From positions 1,968,976 to 2,032,975 of the forward strand of contig OZ241874.1 in NCBI GenBank assembly GCA_965203305.1: a stretch of 64,000 nt of DNA, in the 5' to 3' direction. A program made the translations under genes and the position numbers. This stretch comes from Rhodothermales bacterium (GTDB taxonomy: Bacteria > Bacteroidota > Rhodothermia > Rhodothermales > Bin80). Each line of letters opens with the position of its first letter. Position 1 is the stretch's first letter. The notes under the pieces were generated by a model. The model was given only the letters and a program-made list of their open reading frames with translations, was not told the DNA's origin and made no database searches. Positions 57,459 through 64,000 of the stretch are shown piece after piece.

Positions 57459-57856
57459 ATCATGTGAAACAAAAACTGACATGTGGCTATTAGTCTATAC
57501 TTTTCCAGAGGATAAAAATCGGTGCAAAGATGTGCAGAAACCTTTTTAGTGTGGTCGTCTGAATCTGCCAAGTAGAACCTATTCCTTGGTGCGGACATGT
57601 TGCTATTTGCTTCCCGCGAACGATATAACGCAATAGTCCGAAAGGAGACTCTCTCTCCACAGAGTTAACTGTTCGCAAGGACAGTTCATTCTTTTCTCCA
57701 AAAGGCCAAGGTTGACTAATAGCATCTTCTGGGTCTATTTTTGGGATAGGCACCTTTCATTGATGTTGTGCCCGCACCAGCAATTATTTTGCGGAGCAGA
57801 CAGCTACGCTCCATTCTGAACATGAACGAAGGTCGGTATCATAGAGCCAACTCTTC

Positions 57857-58561
57857 TCAGGCATCCATCCGTTCAAATATCCAGGCTGTGTACAGGAGCC
57901 CGCTCCAGTAGGAGCGAATCAGGCTCAGTCCGGCGTTGTGGCATATCTGGAGAATTCGGACTGGATCAGCATACGCGATTCCCTTCTCAAGTCGCTCAAG
58001 AAGGCGATCTTTCTTCTTTCCTCTATATCCCCGGAGATCCATGTAACGAATCCACGCATCATAGAACAGCTTGAAATACGGTTCTTCGGGATTTCCATGC
58101 AGGTCAAACAGAATCACCGTCCCGCCAGGCTTGACTCGCTGGGCAACGCTCTGCATCAGTTCGTCTTTGGATCCGTCATCCATGAGAAAATGCATCACAT
58201 TGATCACTGTTGCGGCATCAAACGGATACCCAAGATCAAGCTCATGCGTATAGGCATTGTGAAATTGCACACGCGAAGACACCCCTAGCCGCTCGGCTGC
58301 CTGGCGAGAGTATTCAATCATTGCCTCTGAGGGATCTACACAGTCAAATGTCCACGCGTGCTCTGATGGAGCGAACACTTCAATTTCCTGACCAGTACCA
58401 CATCCTACAATCAATAGTCGGGATTCTGTGTCCAGACGCTCCTGCAGAAGGGCGAGTGTTGCCACGAAGAGTTCGTCATACCCGGGAATCACAAGGCTGG
58501 CAAGCTCCTTGTAATCATCCCCGTAATCGCCGTCAAAGTTGAATGCTTTCGGATCTTTCAC
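57857..58561 (-). CDS. Class I SAM-dependent methyltransferase
   Basis: 234 aa. Motif I LLIVGCGTGQEI. Confidence 0.7.
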   Translation of the reverse strand: MKDPKAFNFDGDYGDDYKELASLVIPGYDELFVATLALLQERLDTESRLLIVGCGTGQEIEVFAPSEHAWTFDCVDPSEAMIEYSRQAAERLGVSSRVQFHNAYTHELDLGYPFDAATVINVMHFLMDDGSKDELMQSVAQRVKPGGTVILFDLHGNPEEPYFKLFYDAWIRYMDLRGYRGKKKDRLLERLEKGIAYADPVRILQICHNAGLSLIRSYWSGLLYTAWIFERMDA

Positions 58562-58607
58562 TTATCTTCACCTTAAAGTTTGTATTGGAATTGACAGGCC
58601 TCTGAAT

Positions 58608-59636
58608 ATGGCAAATATCATTCTTTCACCGGGCTGGGCACTCAAGGAAAGTGCCTGTACAACCAAAGCTGCTTATACGAACCGGCGCAAATTTGTTAAG
58701 TCTCTCGGTTTGGGTGCCATTGGCTTTGCCGCTCTGGGCGGATGTGCTGTACAAAGTCAAAATACGATGGACGGCCCCCTGGATAAAATTCCAAAGAATG
58801 CCCCGCATGACCTGTTCCCTGCCCCGCATAATAAGACGTTCCAAGTTCCCGAACGGGAAATGACAGAGCGTATTCTTGCTTCGTCCTACAATAATTTCTA
58901 TGAATTCATCAATCAGGGTGACCTGAAGAATGTATGGCCACTGGTAGATGACTACAAGCCCTTCCCCTGGACACTTCAGGTTCGGGGGCAAGTTGAAAAG
59001 AAACAGACTTGGGATCTGGTAGCATTGATCAAGTCCATGCCACTGGAAGAGCGGATCTATCGATTCAGATGTGTGGAAGCCTGGTCCATGACCATTCCCT
59101 GGACCGGCTTTCCCCTCTCTGCCCTGATCAAAAAATGCAATCCGAAATCCTCTGCCACCCACATCAAGTTCACCTGTGTTTCGCGCCCGGATGAGTTGCC
59201 TGGACAAGAGAAATCGACATGGTATCCTTGGCCCTACTTTGAAGGACTGAGGATGGATGAGGCAACGAATGAACTGGCATTCGTTGCTGTTGGCATGTAC
59301 GGGGAGGCACTTCCCAAGCAGAATGGCTCTCCACTTCGGCTTGTTCTTCCTTGGAAGTATGGCTACAAAGGCCCGAAGGCGATTACACGCATTGAGTTTA
59401 CACGCAAGCAGCCCGATACATTCTGGAATAAACTGCAACCGAGGGAGTATGGGTTTCTGTCGAATGTCAATCCGAATATCCCCCACCCGCGATGGACCCA
59501 GGCATCTGAACGATTCATGCAGAGCGAGGGAGTAGAACGGCGAATCCGTACACAGTTATTCAATGGATATGATGAGTGGGTGCGTGATTTGTACCCTGAT
59601 GAGCCCCGCTCCCCCGCAGGTCCAATTATTCGGTAA
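58608..59636 (+). CDS. msrP: Protein-methionine-sulfoxide reductase catalytic subunit (YedY/MsrP, molybdopterin)
   Basis: Start taken at MANIILSPGW. Tat-like NRRKFVKSLGLGA. EERIYRFRCVEAWSMTIPWTGFPL, LRLVLPWKYGYKGPKAI, NPNIPHPRW closely follow E. coli MsrP. Confidence 0.85.
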   Translation: MANIILSPGWALKESACTTKAAYTNRRKFVKSLGLGAIGFAALGGCAVQSQNTMDGPLDKIPKNAPHDLFPAPHNKTFQVPEREMTERILASSYNNFYEFINQGDLKNVWPLVDDYKPFPWTLQVRGQVEKKQTWDLVALIKSMPLEERIYRFRCVEAWSMTIPWTGFPLSALIKKCNPKSSATHIKFTCVSRPDELPGQEKSTWYPWPYFEGLRMDEATNELAFVAVGMYGEALPKQNGSPLRLVLPWKYGYKGPKAITRIEFTRKQPDTFWNKLQPREYGFLSNVNPNIPHPRWTQASERFMQSEGVERRIRTQLFNGYDEWVRDLYPDEPRSPAGPIIR

Positions 59637-59639
59637 TTT

Positions 59640-60086
59640 TCAGGACTGTTTCCGGCGCAAGCCTCTGTTCCAGAAATAAGCCAGTACACCGGAAAGGATC
59701 GCGCCGATCAGACTGATCCCCACCTGCGATGCTGCGATGAGCCAGTGAGCAGGCATCAGCTTGTCAATCACAATTTCCTGTGATGCCCCCGGTCGGACGG
59801 ATACCCGGAGAGAATCCTGTCCTTTTACACGAGACCAGAGGGACTGGGGAAGAGACATTCGTTCATGTTCAATCGCCTGTCCATCTGGCAAGGTAACCTG
59901 AAGATGAATGTAGCCATAGGTCACATCTGCCCGATTGGTTGTGTCAAATTCTTTCACTTTTGCTGTAGCAGATATACCCTGTTTCCATGTGCTGCGCAGC
60001 TCCTTTGCCACGAACCCCTGATTCACGGACAGGAGGATCAGCACTATCGGGACTCCCCAGAAAATTCGGGCAATGATCTTTACCAT
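59640..60086 (-). CDS. Membrane protein (DUF3592-like topology)
   Basis: 148 aa. N- and C-terminal TM helices flank a soluble segment. Confidence 0.45.
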   Translation of the reverse strand: MVKIIARIFWGVPIVLILLSVNQGFVAKELRSTWKQGISATAKVKEFDTTNRADVTYGYIHLQVTLPDGQAIEHERMSLPQSLWSRVKGQDSLRVSVRPGASQEIVIDKLMPAHWLIAASQVGISLIGAILSGVLAYFWNRGLRRKQS

Positions 60087-60099
60087 CAGATCTTGTCAC

Positions 60100-60630
60100 T
60101 CAGACCAGGAAAAGGTAGGGTTTCCATGCTTCTTCAAGAGATCCCATAAAATCCCGAATAAACATCACATGGCTGGGCCGGAATGGTTTCCTTCTCAGTG
60201 GCATATTTGCCTCTTCAGGAGTCCGGTCTCCCTTTTTATTGTTGCACGAGTTGCAGGCAGCAACCAGGTTTGTCCAGCGATCTTTTCCGCCCCTGGACTT
60301 GGGAAGCACATGGTCTACGGTGAGGGATTCTCTCCGATTACAATACTGACATCTGTGTCCATCTCTCCGAAGCACATTCTTTCTGGACAACATGATATTC
60401 CTGTACGGGATACGTACATATCCCCGCAGACGAACAATGCTGGGACAGGGAAATTTTGTTGAAGGAGATCGGAAAAAGAGATCCGGAATGGACTCCACGA
60501 GATCTGCTTTCTTCAGATGAACAAGTACAACTGCTCTCCGCACTGTGCAAATGGTCAGTGCACTGTAGTCGTGATTCAGTACAAGCACATGCGTCTTCAT
60601 GCTATCCGTTGTCTGGATACTGAACCGCAC
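60100..60630 (-). CDS. HNH endonuclease
   Basis: 176 aa. RDGHRCQYCNRRESLTVDHVLPKSRGGKDRWTNLVAACNSCNNKK. Confidence 0.8.
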   Translation of the reverse strand: MRFSIQTTDSMKTHVLVLNHDYSALTICTVRRAVVLVHLKKADLVESIPDLFFRSPSTKFPCPSIVRLRGYVRIPYRNIMLSRKNVLRRDGHRCQYCNRRESLTVDHVLPKSRGGKDRWTNLVAACNSCNNKKGDRTPEEANMPLRRKPFRPSHVMFIRDFMGSLEEAWKPYLFLV

Positions 60631-60736
60631 ACGCCACAGACTTGAAAAATGGAGTAGCGAAGATATCAGGGACTCGTTGCTCTGTTAAATTAGATAATCT
60701 CTGATTTGCTCCAATTCTTGAATTACTTCATGGATT

Positions 60737-61537
60737 CTATTCAAACTCTAGCACTTCCACTTCGTCTCCTCTCTGAATGATACCCGTATTTTCTGGCACC
60801 AGGTTCTCTCCGAAATACACCTTACCGTCTCTCTTTCGGAAACGGCTCAATGTGCGCAGAGGCTCCTTGCTCTGGGAAGCTGTATCCTGATCTACGGTTG
60901 TGATCACGCAACGAGTACAGGGTTTCACAACCGAAAAAATGACTTCTCCTATACGTAATTGCTTCCATATATCTTCCCCGAACGGTTGATCCCCAGACAC
61001 GACTACATTGGGTCTGAATCGCTCCATGGGAACGGGCTCGGGTAATTTTCTGTTCAGTTCCTGAAGTGAAGCATTCGTGGTACAAAGTAAGGGATACCCA
61101 TCTGCAAATGAGACGGTACTCCCCGGCTTGGCATACTTCGTATCTGTGGGTCTTGAGCCAGTGTCGTACATATAGACAAGACGGACGGGATGCTCAAGGA
61201 AATCTGTCAGCCACGCATTTACCCTGTCAGAAGCTACTCGGGCAGGAACGGAATCACGCCATATTGATACCTGCAGAACCGGGGCCGTTTTTCCCGGAAC
61301 CTCAACCATAACAGGTTGCTGCCCAAATGCTGTGAGGAGCAACATACCATCACGCTGTGGGACAGCCTGAATCAGGGACATGCGGGGAAATTCGCGTTGC
61401 GTAAGAAACGTTACATCGTCATCAATCATCATCCAACGCCTGTCCCCGGCAAGCCCCCATGGATTCACCTGACTGCGCAATTGGGTGACGCGATGCGTTG
61501 ACTTGATCGGATAAATATACAGCCCCTCAAGAAGCAT
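60737..61537 (-). CDS. MOSC domain protein (YcbX-like)
   Basis: 266 aa. N-terminal beta-barrel region LYIYPIKS. C-terminal VVKPCTRCVITTVDQ with the conserved Cys. Confidence 0.75.
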   Translation of the reverse strand: MLLEGLYIYPIKSTHRVTQLRSQVNPWGLAGDRRWMMIDDDVTFLTQREFPRMSLIQAVPQRDGMLLLTAFGQQPVMVEVPGKTAPVLQVSIWRDSVPARVASDRVNAWLTDFLEHPVRLVYMYDTGSRPTDTKYAKPGSTVSFADGYPLLCTTNASLQELNRKLPEPVPMERFRPNVVVSGDQPFGEDIWKQLRIGEVIFSVVKPCTRCVITTVDQDTASQSKEPLRTLSRFRKRDGKVYFGENLVPENTGIIQRGDEVEVLEFE

Positions 61538-62289
61538 AAAAATACAGAAATCGGCGAATGAATATCATCTTCTACAAATGAAGCAGTACATATGATCTTT
61601 GAACACCTTCCAAATCAGCCCTTATAGAGATTTCACAGCCCTGGTCTTCGTGGAATGAAATTCCTGCTGGCTTCACCTACAGGCAGAAAAGTAACCTGCA
61701 GAGTTGAACCCTGACATAAGGGCCCTGATACTTCCTCTCTCGCAGAGCAAATTTTTGTTCGCAGAATTACGGGGCTGGCATGGGCGCGTATTCTGACTAC
61801 TTCTTTTCTGTTGAAAAGTGGCAGAACCCGTGTTATGGCTGTTGGGCTGATTTTGACGCTTCTCTTTGATGCATTTTCCGTACAAACCTCATATGTACAG
61901 AAGTTATGGAGAATCATGCGGGACAGATTCATAAATCTTTCCAGACTGGGGTAACCATGATTGCAAATTTATAAGTTCTATCCCGATTCGCGTTATTTTA
62001 CTATTTCCAGAGGCTGGTACCCCCGAGTGTTTAGATGCTTGGTACCGGTGATCAGCATGCTCTGATGGATCGTATGTGGAAGTTCCCGCAGACCTCCCCA
62101 ATCAGGGCAGTGGTTGCTCTGAGAATGCTTATAGGCATGGGAAAGCGGATATGCGGGAATTTTTCAGAGTCTTTTCGTGCCAAGATCAACCCGCCGAAAT
62201 ATGCTGTACGGTGCTTCCATACAGCACCTCTCTACAAAGCCTACATTTAGACCTCATATACATAACAATCGGAACAGAACCGGATTTTA

Positions 62290-63294
62290 TTATCCGCTTT
62301 CGCCACACATGACGGATAACCTCCAGCGATGATCATACCAGCCGGGCGACAGGTTTTCAAATCCATGAGCCGTAAAAGAGACTGAATAATCTCGCCATGG
62401 AGGGTCACTAGGTGGGAAGAAGAAGCTTTGTCTAATCGCCGCCCGTAGCTCAAAGGTTGGACTAGGACTCTCTGGTCCAAGGGCATCAAATATGATATTC
62501 CCTGAACCCAAGACCTGCAATCCAAATCCTACATTCCAGGTTCTGGTTTGCCCCTCCACGACCTTGTCAAACTCAAAATCTAAGTTATCGGGATCAACAA
62601 CACGTATTGCGCATACTTGTTGGCTCTTGTGGACGATATAAGCAACAGGAATGTCCAGCTCCCAGCGTACACCAGACCGGGTAACCGTGAGCTGGATGAT
62701 ACCGGTGTACGTACCTGGAATTGCGTAATCAATGCCCGTAACAGTCCCTCCCAGAGCCCACTCCATACGCTCTTCAGGCTTTTTAAGCATGGATATACAC
62801 TGCACTCCAGGTGGGCTGGTACTCCGCAATTTTTGTTCCACATCCTTTATCATGCAGTGTACAAAGGGAGACCACCATGCTTCTCTCCCCTGTCCTCTCA
62901 GACGGACCATTCTTGGTACCTGAGTCACATATTTCTGCCCTGGCACGGGATTCCGGGACGAATTCCACCATACTCTCCCGCACGAGTTCCCCATATCCTC
63001 TGGAGCGCAGACCTCCGATGTCTCGGGAGCATGAAGCTTGTACTCGGGAAAATTGTTCGGATGATACTCTACTCTTACACCTGATCCGAGGTACAGGGGG
63101 GTATCCTTCGGCTCCTCCTGTGCGTGAACGCTTGACAGAATACCGAAGAGTGCGACAGTGGGTACGAGTGTGCGTATGGAGAGGGAAAGGGCACCGAATA
63201 TCATGCCTGAATTAAATCCGTTTCCACAAGTCAATGATATGCACCGGAGTGGGATAAGCTCAAATTCAGATTCCATTGAGTCTGAGCCGTTCAT
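62290..63294 (-). CDS. Secreted hypothetical protein with a DUF4402-like segment
   Basis: 334-aa ORF. Hydrophobic signal-like segment ...VALFGILSSVHAQ. Internal GGTVTGIDYAIPGTYTGIIQLTVT resembles the pilin-like C-terminal motif. Confidence 0.4.
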   Translation of the reverse strand: MNGSDSMESEFELIPLRCISLTCGNGFNSGMIFGALSLSIRTLVPTVALFGILSSVHAQEEPKDTPLYLGSGVRVEYHPNNFPEYKLHAPETSEVCAPEDMGNSCGRVWWNSSRNPVPGQKYVTQVPRMVRLRGQGREAWWSPFVHCMIKDVEQKLRSTSPPGVQCISMLKKPEERMEWALGGTVTGIDYAIPGTYTGIIQLTVTRSGVRWELDIPVAYIVHKSQQVCAIRVVDPDNLDFEFDKVVEGQTRTWNVGFGLQVLGSGNIIFDALGPESPSPTFELRAAIRQSFFFPPSDPPWRDYSVSFTAHGFENLSPGWYDHRWRLSVMCGESG

Positions 63295-63493
63295 AACTGA
63301 AGTTGCTGTGGATGGTCATCATCATCGGTGAACGGAAAGAAACCCATGTTATTCTGGACGAGTGGTATCTGCTCGTACCCGGGAGCAGATGACAACAGCC
63401 ACCCGAACTGGATCATTTCTACAGAAGTAGCCAAGTTGGGTTTTCCTGCCCATACATGAGACATCCTGATCATATTGTGAGGAAAGAGCGAAG

Positions 63494-64000
63494 TTAGGGA
63501 CTACATCGCAGCATAACGGATATTGTACCACTATACTTCCCTTCCCGGGTATCTGATGTAATGCCGGATATCTTGCCACCGAACCGGTTTCTCACTCTGT
63601 CATCCGGTTCGCTATCCACACGAAAAAAATGGTAAAGCGCGAAGGATCTGGATACATCCCTCCATCCACGCATTTGTACGTCTCGTTTGAAAGCCCACAA
63701 AAATTCATAATCAATGGTTTTCTCTGGCTCAACCCCATGTTCCAGTACTTCTGGCGTACTGATTATCTCTATGCCACATAAACCATTACAGTTGACGTAA
63801 TCTACGATCAAAGTTTCAAGCCTGGGAGAAGAACTTCCTGAAACGGATTTGACACCACCAAAAGTGACACGGCTTTCATCTACGGGATTGAGCGTCATTC
63901 CACCACCAGATGAGCCCGATCCTGGTTTTTGCAGAGTCCCGAAATCCACCCCATTATCAGAATTGACTGTTACCTTAATTTCACACTCTTCGTCCAGGAC
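63494..64000 (-). CDS. DUF4402/SCPU-like pilin-like protein, 5' end beyond window end
   Basis: Frame is open upstream of the listed start: VLDEECEIKVTVNSDNGVDFGTLQ... C-terminal FGGKISGITSDTREGKYSGTISV. Confidence 0.5.
   Translation of the reverse strand, partial: VLDEECEIKVTVNSDNGVDFGTLQKPGSGSSGGGMTLNPVDESRVTFGGVKSVSGSSSPRLETLIVDYVNCNGLCGIEIISTPEVLEHGVEPEKTIDYEFLWAFKRDVQMRGWRDVSRSFALYHFFRVDSEPDDRVRNRFGGKISGITSDTREGKYSGTISVMLRCSP

Noticed and set aside
58539-58607. Upstream alternative start of msrP given by the ORF track
   Set aside because: It overlaps the divergent methyltransferase gene and adds a non-signal-like peptide. The ATG at 58608 gives a Tat-type leader (NRRKFVKSLGLGA) as in MsrP homologs.

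Overview
64-kb bacterial chromosomal window, about 50% GC. Gene content and the DUF4402/SCPU-type pilus genes suggest an FCB-group (Bacteroidota/Chlorobi-like) organism, but this is inference only. Housekeeping blocks alternate with accessory DNA. Housekeeping: pabC-pabA-pabB (21.4-24.1 kb); nadA, lolD-like ABC ATPase, sigma-54 regulator, gap and pgk (26.1-33.7 kb); TPR/TonB-like/ExbD/ExbD/ExbB (41.6-45.6 kb); msrP, HNH and MOSC (58.6-61.5 kb). Accessory: (1) a type I R-M operon (hsdR, hsdS, hsdM; 7.4-16.5 kb) interleaved with three HEPN(HI0074)-MNT modules, the third with two MNT domains fused to the HsdS N-terminus; (2) a decayed ABC-type ATPase + PD-(D/E)xK-like pair (35.3-37.4 kb); (3) two IS21 right-end remnants and an IS4/IS1634-type transposase; (4) a chaperone-usher-like pilus cluster flanked by paralogous overlapping gene pairs; (5) a family of ~100-bp repeats with inverted ends. 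The most unusual signal is a five-copy family of ~1.3-kb cassettes at 2.36-3.65, 19.05-20.37, 24.6-26.1 (decayed), 38.06-39.56 and 39.57-41.06 kb. Each holds a single ORC/Cdc6-like AAA+ ATPase gene bracketed by a 19-21-bp inverted repeat (TTATCCAGTAAAATCCGCAAG), with a hairpin over the stop codon. The repeat arms covary between copies, two insertion units carry 8-12-bp flanking direct repeats, two copies form a tandem array, and no recombinase lies inside any copy. I recognised no rRNA, tRNA or CRISPR array by eye. All family assignments come from motifs read by eye, not from searches.
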